Shown here one piece after another: positions 24,736 to 37,921 of a stretch of 64,000 nt of DNA; position 1 is the stretch's first letter; each line of letters opens with the position of its first letter. The stretch covers positions 45,384,001 to 45,448,000 of the forward strand of contig OX597816.1 in the NCBI GenBank assembly GCA_951406725.2, in the 5' to 3' direction. A program made the translations under genes and the position numbers. Source of the DNA: Octopus vulgaris (taxonomy: Eukaryota). The notes below the pieces were generated by a model. The model was not told where the DNA came from and made no database searches. It was given only the letters and a program-made list of their open reading frames with translations.

Positions 24736-24997
24736 AAAAGAATTAACTAATAAAAGAAGATAAAAATAAAACGGAGTAAGGAGAAAGAGGAAGTTCCCAA
24801 AAATCTACTGAACCAGTAACGTCTGTGTGGTTTCAATCCGTACGAACAAAAAAAAAAGCTGGAATAATGGAATGGTAAAGACGTGTGGTATTAACAGAAT
24901 GAATATTTTGTCGCGAGTTCGTTTTCCTTTTGCTGACGATGCATCGTATCCTGTGTTAAAAAAAAAATAATAATAAATAAATGATAAATAAAACATA

Positions 24998-25162
24998 GGT
25001 TTAGGAGTGGCTGTGTGGTAAGTAGCTTGCTTACCAGCCACATGGTTCCTTGTTCAGTCCCACTGTGTGGCAACTTGGGTAAGTGTCTTCTACTATAGCC
25101 TCGGGCCGACCAAAGCCTTGTGAGTGGATTTGGTAGACGGAAACTGAAAGACGCCTGTCGTA

Positions 25163-25249
<87 letters not shown>

Positions 25250-25874
25250 TTGTGTGTCTGTGTTTGTCCCCCTAGCATTGCTTGACAACCGATGCTGGTG
25301 TGTTTACGTCCCCGTCACTTAGCGGTTCGGCAAAAGAGACCGATAGAATAAGTGCTGGGCTTACAAAGAATAAGTCCCGGGGTCGAGTTGCTCGATTAAA
25401 GGCGGTGCTCCAGCATGGCCGAAGTCAAATGACTGAAACAAGTAAAAGAGTAAAAGAGTAAACGATAAATAAAACATAGGTTTAGGAGTGGCTGTGTGGT
25501 AAGTAGCTTGCTTACCAGCCACATGGTTCCGAGTTCAGTCCCACTGTGTGGCACCTTGGGCAAGTGTCTTCTACTATAACTTCGGAGTGGATTTGGTAGA
25601 CGGAAATTGAAAGAAGTCCGTCGTATATATGTATATATATGTGTATGTGTGTGTATATGTTTGTGTGTCTGTGTTTGTTCCCCCCCCACACCCCAACATC
25701 GCTTGAAAACCGATGCTGGTGTGTTTACGTCCCCGTAACTTAGCGGTTCTGCAAAAGAGAACCGATAGAATAAGTACTAGGCTTACAAAGAATACGTCCT
25801 GGGGTCGATTTGCTCGACTAAAGGCGGTGCTCCAGCATGGCCACAGTCAAATGACTGAAACAACTAAAAGAGTA
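24998..25874 (+). mobile_element. SINE family A tandem pair (24998-25460, 25479-25874)
   Basis: Both have the variant head GATAAATAAAACATAGGTTTAGGAGTGG. Confidence 0.9.
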
Positions 25875-26467
25875 AATAAATAAAAAAAAGCAAAACACAC
25901 AAAGAACCCTTTTTGCGAGGCGGAACTGCCTTGGAAATATATCATCTGCATACTAGAAATTTCCTTTCTTTCACTTTCACTTTTCTCTACTGCTAAAAAG
26001 TCAACAATTTAGGATGAAAAAGAAAAGAAAAAGAGTGAAATATGGCTTTTAAACTCTGAACAAACTCGGTGGATTCTTAAGCCAGTCTTTACTATTGTAT
26101 GATAGGACCCAAATGATGTGCCTTGAGATATGAAAATTTGAACATAATTTCATGGTTTAAGTTTTGGAGTTGCCATAAAGCAATGCTTGCAAAAACTGGT
26201 GTTTGTAGCACGGAGGTTACATCTGAGGTCATGCGTAGATTTTTTTAGTCGCTAAGTGGCTAGTTACTCGTGGGCTTGGGAGCAGATTGCGATAAAGAAT
26301 CAACCACAGTGTTTGCCACCGCGGGAGCTTGTATATGGTTGCTCGACCTGCTAGAAATAACTGACAATTTTTCATCAACAATAATTTCCTGTCTTAAAGT
26401 AAAGGACCCACTGAATAAAGAAGTTCAGGTTACAAAATACCTGAAAGGAAAAACAGTTGGGATTTAT

Positions 26468-27135
26468 TTACTCTTTTACTCTTTTAGTTGTTTCAGTCAT
26501 TTGACTGTGGCCATGCTGGAGCACCACCTTTAGTCGAGCAAATCGACGCCAGGACGTATTCTTTGTAAGCCTAGTACTTATTCTATCGGTCTCTTTTGCC
26601 GAACCGCTAAGTTACAGGGACGTAAACACACTAGCATCGGTTTTCAAGCGATGTTGGGGGGGGGGGCAGACACAGACACACAAACATATACACACACATA
26701 CACATATATATATACATATATACGACGGACTTCTTTCAGTTTCCGTCTACCAAATCCACTCACAAGGCTTTGGTTGGCCCGAGGCTATAGTAGAAGACAC
26801 TTGCCCAAGGTGCCACACAGTGGGACTGAACTCGGAACCATGTGGCTGGTAAGCAAGCTACTTACCACACAGCCACTCCTAAACCTATGTTTTATTTATC
26901 ATTTATTCTTTTACTCTTTTCCTTGTTTTAGTCATTTGACTGCGGCCATGCTGGAGCACCGCCTTTAGTCGAGCAAGTCGACCCCGGGACTTATTCTTTG
27001 TAAGCCCAGTACTTATTCTATCGGTCTTTTTTGCCGAACCGCTAAGTAACGGGGACATAAACATACCAGCATCGGTTGTCAAACAATGCTAGGGGGACAG
27101 ACACAGACACACAAACACACACACATACACACATA
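26468..27135 (-). mobile_element. SINE family A tandem pair, inverted relative to 24998-25874
   Basis: Same GATAAATAAAACATAGGTTT linker and shared private variants (GAATACGTCCTG, AACAACTAAAAG, CTTGAAAACCG). Confidence 0.9.
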
Positions 27136-27595
27136 TTGTGTCGCTAACCCCCAACACAAACAACAGCTGGCATATCTTTCGGTTTCGACCTTCTTGATCA
27201 GAGTTAGCCTGAAAGATTCACAACAAGAACGATTACAACGTAAACAGCAACACCCAAAAACGTCAGCAAGATCCTTCCGTAATACTGGCAAAGTTGAAGT
27301 ATTTCAAGGTTGATGGGCTCTTAATTTTATGTCTATAAGCGTTGGTGCTTGTCTGTTTATCTCGAATTAAGCTTACCATTTCTCAACAAGTCATTTTGAA
27401 AATTTGCGCACAGCTCCAAAGTCATCCTATCATATTGTGTAAAGAAGAAAAATGCCGAGTTAAAGCCTACCCCACTGGAAAGGAAGAGTAAAGCAGAAAG
27501 GATTCAAGAAAAAGAGATGTTGAAAGACTGATAGTTGTAATAAGGTGATAGTTTAGTAGGCATGTTAGTGTTGGGTAGAGGAACGTCGTACGTTT

Positions 27596-27818
27596 ATGGC
27601 AGAAATGTTAGCACGCCGGGCGAAATGCGCAGCCGTTTTTCGTCTGTCGTTACGTTCCGAGTTCAAATTCCGCCGAGGTTGACTTTACCATTCATCTTTT
27701 CGGGGTCGATAAATAAAGTACCAGTTACGCACTGGGGTCGATATAATCGACTTAATCCCTTTGTCTGTCCTTGTTTGTCCCCTCTATGTTTAGCCCCTTG
27801 TGGGTAGTAAAGAAATAT
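27596..27818 (+). mobile_element. SINE family B
   Basis: TGGCAGAAATGTTAGCACGCCGGGCGAAATG head to GGTAGTAAAGAAATA tail. Confidence 0.88.
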
Positions 27819-28303
27819 ATAATGTCAAACTGTTTTTCTTTAATCTGTCTCTCTTTAGGTATCCCCTTCTTTCTCTCTTTCTGTTATGTTCTAATTCTTT
27901 CTCTCTCACACATACATGCACACACACACACACATACACGCACACACGCACACACACACACCCACGCACGTACACATTCTTTCATCTCACTTAGCAGTGA
28001 CGCTAAAGTGCGTGCCAGCCTTTGAGTTTGCCATCCCTTTCTCCTATACAGACTTATTCAGCAGATCTGAAAGTGCGCCCCACCGCATAAAAGTGTCGGT
28101 CGGGAAGGACCGCCCCACATCCCCGCTATAAGACTGCGTAGACAGCATGCATTGGAAGTCAGTGGTTACTAAAATTTCTCCTTTAAGTATCATACCTTCG
28201 AAAAGTTAGAATGCGGTTTCAAATAACAGGGAAGGCAGAAAACAATTCGGAAGGTAGAAAACAATTCTTTCATTGTTTCACGTTTAAATTTGTTTATATA
28301 TAT

Positions 28304-28384
28304 AGTTAATCCAAACAAGAAAGCACAAAAAAAAAACACAACAACGCGAGGACGTGGAACAAATATAGTATTATTGGATGCTCA

Positions 28385-28387
<3 letters not shown>
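28304..28387 (-). mobile_element. Truncated copy of the 19043 element end
   Basis: Near-identical to 19043-19123; cut by (TA)n before the hammerhead. Confidence 0.8.
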
Positions 28388-28447
<60 letters not shown>

Positions 28448-29701
28448 CCGGTATTGTCTTCCATGAATCGGACTGTGCATCTAACGAATGTATAGGCTCT
28501 GGAACGGGCTGTATGCATGAACCTCTGTATATTATAGGGTCGTTTATAGATGTAGATGATACTCTCCCATTGCAATGTGAAAAGGACTGCAATGCCATTT
28601 AGACGACGATTGGGTACGCTCTTGAGAGGGAGTCTCTAACCGGTCGCTTAGTCTACTAGAAATAATGGTCGAATTTGCCTTGAATTACTCCCTGGGAGTA
28701 ATTGAAGGGAGACTCATAGAAGAGCATGTTGAATAATGACGTCCTAGATAGACCATATCTGGAGAAATGACATGATAGTCCCCGGTGGAAACATCTTTGA
28801 TAAGTTTGGTCGATTAAAGTTGATCTAGGAGCTAAATGACAACAACGATGAAAACCGTCCTACACTTTTTCAAACATTTTCAGTTGTATAACAGTTCGAA
28901 ACAGCAACGGTTGATTAGAAATGACAGGCTAAACGAACTGTTACCAGTTGTTAAATTTCATACTTCCGAGGCTGCTAATATAAAATGCCAGTTGACTTCT
29001 TGAGTTGATGTAACGAACTATACCATACCCACTCCCTTAAATTTGAGTCCTTTCGTCTATGTTAGAAATCAATGCTTTATTAATGTAGGATACCAGTTGA
29101 AGAGATTTTGGCAGTAGTTTATATTGATTACAATATGATTATCAGCAAGCTCGACTTGGGATACAATAATTAAATAGGCGGATTATTTCGAGTAGCAGAA
29201 AGCGTCCTTTTCTTAAACAAGTAGCCCATAGGGACGAGATCGCTAATTTAATTAAGCGGGAATTGATGGGTCCGATAAATAGTAATTAAATTACAGCGGT
29301 GGGATTAGAAAGGGCATTTGCAAGTGTGCAGGTAACAATAATCCAACGGCAGAGAACAATTAAGAATATGATAGCTAAATTATAAGAGGTTGTCACTGTT
29401 AGCTCAGATAGGGCTTGATCGAACAGACATATGACAAAAAGCATTGTAGTCGTGATCTCCTCGTGTTCTTTTTAATCTATGTCTACAGTATTCATTTTGT
29501 TGTTGTTTCTTTAAAACACATTATGATGAAATTTCAGGGAGATTTGACTGATATCTTTTAGAAGACCAAGCAAATACGTAGAGGTTCTTTCGTTGCTTTG
29601 AGAATACAAACTATTGGAGATTTTTGTTGGTAGTGTAACTGTATTGGGTTCATAAGAGTAACTGTATTAGATTCCTGAATGGGTCACTATCATTTTACAA
29701 C

Positions 29702-30269
29702 TATTGGGTTGTCCGGAAAGTTCGTACCGATTTTTAAAGGAAAGAAAAAAGGTCAATAAATACTTGCCATTACATTTTTAATCAACCAAATATGAACCAT
29801 TTTGTTGCACAATGCGTCTCCGTCTTTCCTTTAACTTGAAAATACCCTCTTCCCAGAATTGAGGTGGTTTCATGGCAAAGAATTCATCAAGGTATCTTTT
29901 TACGTCATCCAAGGAATTGAAATTTTTACCATTAAGACTATTCTGCAGAGACCTGAATAAGTGGAAATCCGAAGGAGCAATATCTGGTGAATATGGAATG
30001 AGGTAACACATCCCAGCCGATCTGCAGCAATTTTTGTCTGGTTCCCAAAGCATCAAGTGCCAAAAATGAACTTTCTTATCTTCCATTTTAAAGGTTTACA
30101 GAATTAACACAGGTTATAGGAACATAAACCTTCTTTCACGAAAAGATAGCTTAAACTATGTTCTAAATGGAGGTGTAGTCAAATGCTATTTTATGGACTC
30201 AACCATGTTTTAAAATAAGTCGAAATGTAAGCTGCTATAAATCGACACGAACTTTCCGGACAACCCAAT
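29702..30269 (-). mobile_element. Internally deleted mariner (MITE-like) with intact TIRs
   Basis: TIRs TATTGGGTTGTCCGGAAAGTTCG / CGAACTTTCCGGACAACCCAAT; ORF 29778-30086 joins the N-terminus MEDKKVHF to the C-terminus YSPDIAPSDFHLF. Confidence 0.92.
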
Positions 30270-31414
30270 GCATTCCAGTTTTCAGACATTTTCAGGAGAG
30301 ATATTCATTAATTTCAGAGTAGAACACTTTAAGCCCCTTCACAGTTGGATCCTCTGACTTCAATGCTCTTGTTTAGCGCTCCAGTCACTTTATCAAGGCC
30401 CCATGTAAGTTCTCCAAAGTGAAGATATCCAGAACCCTTGTCATAGCCTCCTTCATCTTCAAACCGACTGCCTTTGAGGTTCTTCAGCTTAGGGAACATC
30501 CAAAATCCACAGGGAGAAAAGTCTAGACTGTAGGATGAGTAAGGGGCAGTTTTGATGCCCATTTCCTTCAAGTAGTTGGTTCCCAGCATGTTCATCACTG
30601 AGCGCCCGGAGAACAAACTTTGCACAAATGTACAGATCTCCATGAATGCTTCAGTGTACAGTTTCCACACCAACTCCAAACTGTATGATTGTAGCCTTTA
30701 CAAGCATACAACGATCTTCATCCCAAAAAAACAACAAATTTTCTGAACCAGTTCTGATGTTCTAACTTGCCTCTCCCTCCCACACTTCTCATTGTCTCTC
30801 ATCTGTTTTCTACTGTCTTTGAATCTCTTGTGCCACCGAAAAAAGTAATCCATATGCAGTTTGGAGCATTTCGTAACTTTCTGTAGCATTTTCTCCTAGT
30901 TTAACACTAAATTTTGCTGCATAGCGAATTTACAAACGTCCGACTACATTCTACAAACTGGTCGGCTATGACAAATGATGTTCAAATACTGTTATAATTA
31001 TCTCCTTCAATTTGGAATAAGAAAAGTAAACAGGTCAGCTTATTAGATGTATAAAAACAAATAAAATAAATGCGCCCATTTAAAGCCTAGCCAGGCTCAT
31101 GGGCCCCGGATTCCCGGTTTCAATGGGCGTATGTGTTCCCCAGCTGGACGGGACGCCAGTCCATCGCAGCGTTACTCATTTTTGCCAGCTGAGCGGACTG
31201 GAGCAACGTGAAATAAAGTGTTTTGCTCAAGAACGCAACTTGTCGCCCGGTCCAAGAATCGAAACCACAATCATGATGCTGACACCCTTACCACTAAGCC
31301 ACGCAACTTCACCTATTAGATGTATAGTAATGATATACTAAAATTACAATAATCTAGGATAATTATAATTGCCTTTCCTAAAAATTCTCAAAACTTCTGG
31401 AATGCACCTCGTAA
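30270..31414 (-). mobile_element. Second decayed mariner with SINE insertion
   Basis: FRWHKRFKD.R, PYSSYSLDFSPCGFWMFPKLK; TIR-like TGCATTCCAG..TTTTCAGACA versus TCTCAAAACTTCTGGAATGCACCTCGTA. Confidence 0.75.
31054..31313 (-). mobile_element. tRNA-derived SINE family E with 13-bp TSD
   Basis: TSD TATTAGATGTATA at 31041-31053 and 31314-31326; head GTGGCTTAGTGG...GGTTTCGATTC. Confidence 0.85.
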
Positions 31415-31922
31415 CACAAACGTTGTGTGCTTAGACTCAAGTTACGTTCTCTATGGTATGAACGGCTGAACATAGTTTCTTGATTTAAAGTTAAGGAGTT
31501 GCAGTATAGCAATAATTCTACAAGTCGGTGTTTGTAGCTTAGAGAATGCATCTGTACAACTTACAAAACCGAACAGATTTATATGGGCATTCAGACAGCT
31601 CCACATCAAAGCGACTCGTTAACAACGAGCCAAGAAGCAAACTGCAGTTAAGAATCCGCCCCTATTGTAAGGTCACTAGATCTGCTAGAAATAATAGACA
31701 ACTTTCTTTCAAACTATACTGATTCTTTCACAATATGACCCATTGAATAATGTTTGCTTAGAGTACACACTTCCGGGGGAAAATGTTGGGATAGACATGG
31801 CTTGAACGCCCTTGATCATTAGTTTTCTTCATCGGAATTGATTGGGCAAAGATGAAATATCAGAAGCTTATATATGTATGTATATGTATATATATATGCA
31901 TGCATGTATGTATATGTATATA

Positions 31923-31972
<50 letters not shown>

Positions 31973-31979
31973 CATATAC

Positions 31980-32064
<85 letters not shown>

Positions 32065-32097
32065 TGTATGCATGTATGTATGTATTTATATGTATGT

Positions 32098-32265
32098 AGG
32101 ACTGGCTGTGTGGTAAGTAGCTCGCTTACGAACCACATGGTTCCAGGTTCAGTCCTACTGCGTGGCACCTTGGGCAAGTCTCTTCTACTATAGCCTCGGG
32201 CCGACCAAAGCCTTGTGAGTGGATTTGGTAAACGGAAACTTAAAGAAGCCCGTCGTATATATGTA

Positions 32266-32320
<55 letters not shown>

Positions 32321-32541
32321 GTGTGTGTATATGTTTGTGTCTGTGTTTGTTCCACCAACATCGCTTGACAACCGATGCTGGTGTGTTTAAGTCCCTATAA
32401 CTTAGCGGTTCGGCAAAAAAACCCGATAGAATAAGTACTAGGCTTACAAAGAATAAGTCCTGGGGTTGATTTGCTCAACTAAAGGTGGTGCTCCAGCATG
32501 GCCACAGTAAGATGACTGAAACCAGTAAAAGAATAAAAAGA

Positions 32542-32545
<4 letters not shown>
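32098..32545 (+). mobile_element. SINE family A
   Basis: Full match, flanked by TA/TATG microsatellites. Confidence 0.9.
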
Positions 32546-32583
<38 letters not shown>

Positions 32584-33834
32584 TGGAATGTTAATCTTCT
32601 TTGATATTATCTTGGTCGATGTATATATAACCAAAGATTTGAACTGTGATATTCTTCGAATTAACTGAAATGTAACATTTGCAGACATTTTTGCTTTTCT
32701 TTCTTTTTTTATGGCATGTAGACTCATCCGCTTCGAACTGCAGAGTGTTAAGGTCTCAACGGTGTGCAAAGGTTAATTAGAAGAAGGTTAATAAGAAGAA
32801 AATCTTATCACTTGCTTGGCCATGTGAAACTCTCACAAACGTACAGGAAGACTTCAGAGAAATTGTTTAAAAGTGTACATTTAACTTGTTCAAACGTCTT
32901 ACAGATCTTACACTCCATTAATGTGTATTGTAAAGGCTGACGTAATGGCATTCCTCTAAAGCCAGTCGATAATCATCGTTCAATAGGCTTGCATGAACAT
33001 GTATTTATGTCTGTACGTACGTACCTATGTATGTGTATTTAGTAATATATAGACATGGGAAATTACAAGTGTGTGCGCTTAAGAAAAGTCCGTCTCTGCC
33101 CAGTAACCTCGCTGTTATTAACCACACTAGTGATTTACATCAGTAAAGGCCACCGTGAAATTATTGCAGGTTATAGCTAGGTTACAACACATTAAAACTA
33201 TTCCAGTAAACGCTCAATAGACTTCCAAACAACTTATCAACAAGTTTTCAATCAAATAGTTCTTTTAATGTAATTAAACACCTACCGAGAGTAAGCTTGC
33301 TTCACTGAAATCAATACTGCCTGCTATCGGGCTGCTTTCGTTAATAGATGGAATAATTTACTGTTACAGATAAGAAGATTCTTTTCAACAGTAAACTTGA
33401 TAATATTTATAGAAACCAATACCCATTCCAATAGCTGCAAATAAAATAAATAATTGTCTTTGAAATTATAACTTGAAGAAGATCTGATAGTTAAAACAAA
33501 ACCATAATTCGTGAAGAAATTTTTATTGGTGTTGGATATAATCGATTGAATCGACACGAGTTTATTACTGATACTTATTTGATTGATTATCGATACATGA
33601 AAGACAAGATTTAAGATCAGAACGGCAAGAGTATTCGAAAGAGATACTAAAATATCCCTTGTAAAGTTCTATTTATCACCTCCCCTACAAGACTTAGGAA
33701 AGCTTAAATATCGTGATATCGGTTGGCACTGGAGACTGGCGAGAAAGTCATATCGGCGATATGAAAATTGATGGTGGCGTGTGGAGGGTAATTGATAACC
33801 AGTCTTTATTACTTCTGCTGTAGAGTTGTAATGA

Positions 33835-33985
33835 AGCCATGTGGCGTAGTGGTTTGCATGTTGAGCCATGATCTCTAAAGTCGTGGGTTCGATTCTCGGT
33901 CTGGGTTGTGCGTTGCGTTCTTGAGCAAGGCACTGGCATTTCACGCTGCTTCAGTTCACTCAACTAGAAACAAATACTAGGGGCT
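33835..33985 (+). mobile_element. SINE family E
   Basis: GTGGCGTAGTGG, GGTTCGATTC, CTTGAGCAAGGCACT. Confidence 0.7.
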
Positions 33986-34139
33986 TAACTCTGCGTCAGA
34001 CTGGGGTCCCGTTCAGTATGGTATTGGATGGAGGTCGTACACGCAGTCACTTCAACGCCACAAAAAAAAAACCGAGATAATAATGGTTGATTTTGGCCTC
34101 GTACTCCATTAGAGCGTTGCTGATCATGTTGACATTCTT

Positions 34140-35230
34140 GATTTCTGATAGTTTGACAGTAACGTCATCGACACATTCCGATGCGAATCTTCCGCATCCT
34201 ATTTTGCAATGCCTCTAGTTGTCGTTGTAGTAGCTCAAGAGTCAGTACACACAGAAGAGAGGAGAAGGTACGACTGTGACGAACCATGAATGATACTGAA
34301 TGCTTCTGGGAGATGGCCATTAATCCTAATCACCCAGATGCTGCTGTAAATCGTGGTGATCCAGCCCTTGAAGAAAGTTGCTAACTGGATAACTGATAGG
34401 TATTGGTGGTCGACCTTATCGGAAACCTTTGATTTAACTAAGTTGATCAATGCCTTACTCCTGCCAGGTTGCTTACCCACCCTGTCGATGACGTATTGCG
34501 TGAGGTGAAGGTTGTGCAGTTACATCTGTCTGGGATGGTGTATGTTTGTGCATCACCAATCAGATCACAGACGAGCGCTAGTCTCTTCGTTAGCATATTG
34601 ATCAAGATGTTGAAATCTGCGTTTAGCAGAGTTATAGGTTGAAAATGATTTTTTTCTGTGGGTCGTGGCGGTAGTGCTGCTGAGTCCCTTCCCAACAACA
34701 TTACCACACACCTCGACTCACAGAACTGGAGATTCAACCATTGTGCTGTCACTTGTGAAAGGTGTCTGCCAAGAGGCCGCCGAACAAGTCTGATATGTAA
34801 ACATAAAGCTGGCAGGGCAAACCATCCCAACAGGGTGACCTGTTCCCCTGCAGCTAGTCATCTCTTACCCTATTTCTGCGGCTGTTATTGGCTTTTCGCA
34901 ACACTGCCTCCGCTGCTAAGAGTTGTGGCTGTCTGTTGAGGTAGGTATTGAAGCCGATCCTGCGAAATGGTGTACCACTTGCCCCGAACAGTGAATCAAA
35001 GTACCACTGAAAACCCGCACAGATCTCTCTGAACTTGAATAGCATGCGCTCATCATTGTTCACCAACAGTTTAATGCCGCTTATGTTGCCACATTGCATC
35101 TCTGCCACTCAGATCCCTCGAACGAATTTTCGTTTCTTCGGGTATTAAAGGCAATGCAGCCTTCATATAGCGAGTTGAAGAATTGGTCGAGGGTCAATCT
35201 CGCCCCAAATACGCTGGTCACGTTACCAAT
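34140..35230 (-). pseudogene. Decayed Tx1/L1-like LINE RT region
   Basis: HFQPITLLNADFNIL, KRLALV, KV(S)DKVDHQYL, RINGHLPEAF, (C)VDDVTV. Confidence 0.75.
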
Positions 35231-35484
35231 CCTTAAAGCCTTTCCTCAGTTTCGTCAGTTTTCACGTTCTGAGTTCAAATTTGCCTTTCATCTTTTTGGG
35301 GGTTGATAAAATAAGTACCAGTTGAACACTTACCCCTCATTCGAAATTGCGGGCCTTGTTCCAAAATTTGCAACCAATATTAAAAATATAGTAGTATTTT
35401 TAAAACATCAAATGGCTATGTGAGTTCAGTAGAGTAAGATAGGAATCACAGGGGTCCTTGGGTAAAAAATGGGTGAGAATCACT

Positions 35485-35908
35485 AGGAGTGGCTGTGTGG
35501 TAAGTAGCTTGCTAACCAACCACATGGTTCCGGGTTCAGTCCCACTGCGTGGCATCTTGGGCAAGTGTCTTCTGCTATAGCTCCGGGCCGATTAATGCCT
35601 TGTGAGTGGATTTGGTAGACGGAAACTGAAAGAAGCCTGTCGTATATATGTATGTATATATATATATATATAAGTGTGTGTTTATATGTTTGTGTGTCTG
35701 TGTTTGTCCCCCTAGCATTGCTTGACAACCGATGCTGGTGTGTTTACGTCCCCGTCACTTAGCGGTTCGGCAAAACAGACCGATAGAATAAGTACTGGGC
35801 TTACAAAGAATAAGTCCCGGGGTCGATTTGCTCGACTAAAGGCGGTGCTCCAGCATGGCCGCAGTCAAATGACTGAAACAAGTAAAAGAGTAAAAGAGTA
35901 AAGAGTAC
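35485..35908 (+). mobile_element. SINE family A
   Basis: Full match. Confidence 0.92.
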
Positions 35909-35936
35909 AATTGTTCACTAATTCTTTGTTGCTTGT

Positions 35937-36148
35937 TGTTAGCACGCCGGGCGAAATGCGTAGCCGTATTTCGTCTGTCTTCACGTTCTGAGTTCAAATT
36001 CCGCCGAGGTCGACTTTGCCTTTCATCCTTTCGGGATCGATAAATAAAGTACCAGTTTCGCACTGGGGTCGATGTAATCGACTTAATCCCTTTGTCTGTC
36101 CTTGTTTGTCCCCTCTGTGTTTAGCCCCTTGTGGGTAGTAAAGAAATA
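35937..36148 (+). mobile_element. SINE family B
   Basis: Near-identical to 27596-27818. Confidence 0.9.
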
Positions 36149-36614
36149 TATATATATCACCGTGTAGTTTATGATGTTTCTTTGTTCGCTTTGCGATTGT
36201 TGGTTGTGGTGCTCACAGTGTTGTGTGCGATGGTGGTGTTGGAGTAAGCGTCGGTATTATACTCACTTCAAGTCTTCTTCCAAATCTTCCAACTTTTTGT
36301 GAGGGCAGATTTATTTTTTTCCGTTTCCTTTTTCTCGTCCTTTTTACGGAGACACTTTTCTATTTTACATTTTCCCTGCCTTCACTTGCTGGACATGAGT
36401 GAGTATTTAGAAGGGGTGTGTCATGTGATGTTGTGTTGAAATCGGAGAACTCTCTTGCTAAGGCGTTTTATTTTTGGTCTTGTCTTTGTGCTTGTTGTCA
36501 TGAGGGTTTCTGTTGGTCTTTTGGTTCGTACAGCAGCTTCTATAGTCGTGGCTGCTACTGCTGTTACTGCAGATTTTGCTGAAGATGATTTTGCTACTGC
36601 TGTTGTTGTTGTTG

Positions 36615-36645
<31 letters not shown>

Positions 36646-37005
36646 CTTCTTCTTCTTCTTCTTCTTCTTCTTCTTCTTCTTCTTCTTCTTCTTCTTTTTA
36701 TTCTTCTTCTTCTTCTTCTTCTTCTTCTTCTTCTTCTTCTCCTTCTTCTTCTGCATCTTTTTCTTCTCCTTCTTCTTCATCTTCTTCTTCTTCTCCTTCT
36801 TCTTCTTCTCCTTCTTCTTCTTCTTTTTACTCTTCTTCTTATTCTCCTTCTTCTCCTTCTTTTTACTCTTCTTCTTCTTCTTCTTCTTCTCCTTCTTCTT
36901 CTTTTTCCTCTTCTCCTTCTTCTTTTTACTCTTCTTCTTCTTCTCCTTCTTTTTCACCTTCTTCTTCTTCATCTTCTCCTTCTTCTTCTTCTTCTTCATC
37001 TTCTC

Positions 37006-37039
<34 letters not shown>

Positions 37040-37092
37040 TCCTTCTTCTTCTTCATCTTCTCCTTCTTCTTCTTCTTCTTCTTCATCTTCTC

Positions 37093-37126
<34 letters not shown>

Positions 37127-37251
37127 TCCTTCTTCTTCTTTTTACTCTTCTTCTTCTTCTGCTTCTTCTTCTTCATCTTCTTTTTCTTCTCCTTCTTCTT
37201 CTTCTCCTTCTTCTTCTTCTCCTTCTTCTTCTTCTTCTTCTTCATCTTCTC

Positions 37252-37282
<31 letters not shown>

Positions 37283-37392
37283 TCCTTCTTCTTCTTTTTA
37301 CTCTTCTTCTTCTCCTTCTTCTTCTTCTCCTTCTTCTTCTTCTCCTTCTTCTCCTTCTCCTTCTTTTTACTCTTCTTCTTCTTCATCTTCTC

Positions 37393-37423
<31 letters not shown>

Positions 37424-37921
37424 TCCTTCTTCTTCTTTTTACTCTTCTTCTTCTTCTCCTTCTTCTTCTTCTCCTTCTTCTTCTTCTCCTTCTCCTTCTC
37501 CTTCTTTTTACTCTTCTTCTTCTTCTTCTTCTTCATCTTCTTCTTCTCCTTCTTCTCCTTCTTTTTACTCTTCTTCTTCTCCTTCTTCTTCTTCTCCTTC
37601 TTCTTCTTCTTCTTCTTCTTCTTCTTTTTCCTCTTCTTCTTTTTCTTCTTCACCTTCTTCTTCTCCTTCTTTTTCCTCTTCTTCTTCTTCTTCTTCTTCA
37701 CCTTCATCTTCTTCATCTTCTTCTTCTTCTTCTTCTCCTTCTTCTTCTTCTTCTTCTTCTTCTCCTTCTTCTTCTTTTTACTCTTCTTCTTCTTCTCCTT
37801 CTTCTTCTTCTTCTTATTCTTCTTCTTTTTCCTCTTCTTCTTCTTCTTCTGCACCTTCTTCTTCTTCTTCTCCTTCTTTTTCCTCTTCTTCTTCTCCTTC
37901 TTCTTTTTCATCATCTTCTTC
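36615..37921. repeat. About 1.3-kb degenerate (CTT)n / (GAA)n tract
   Basis: Direct inspection; source of the poly-K/F/S ORFs. Confidence 0.97.

Noticed and set aside
24890-24950. Minus-strand acceptor-like TTTTTAACACAG followed by a short frame DTMHRQQKENELATKYSFC*
   Set aside because: No recognisable homology or partner exon; such acceptors arise by chance next to T-runs
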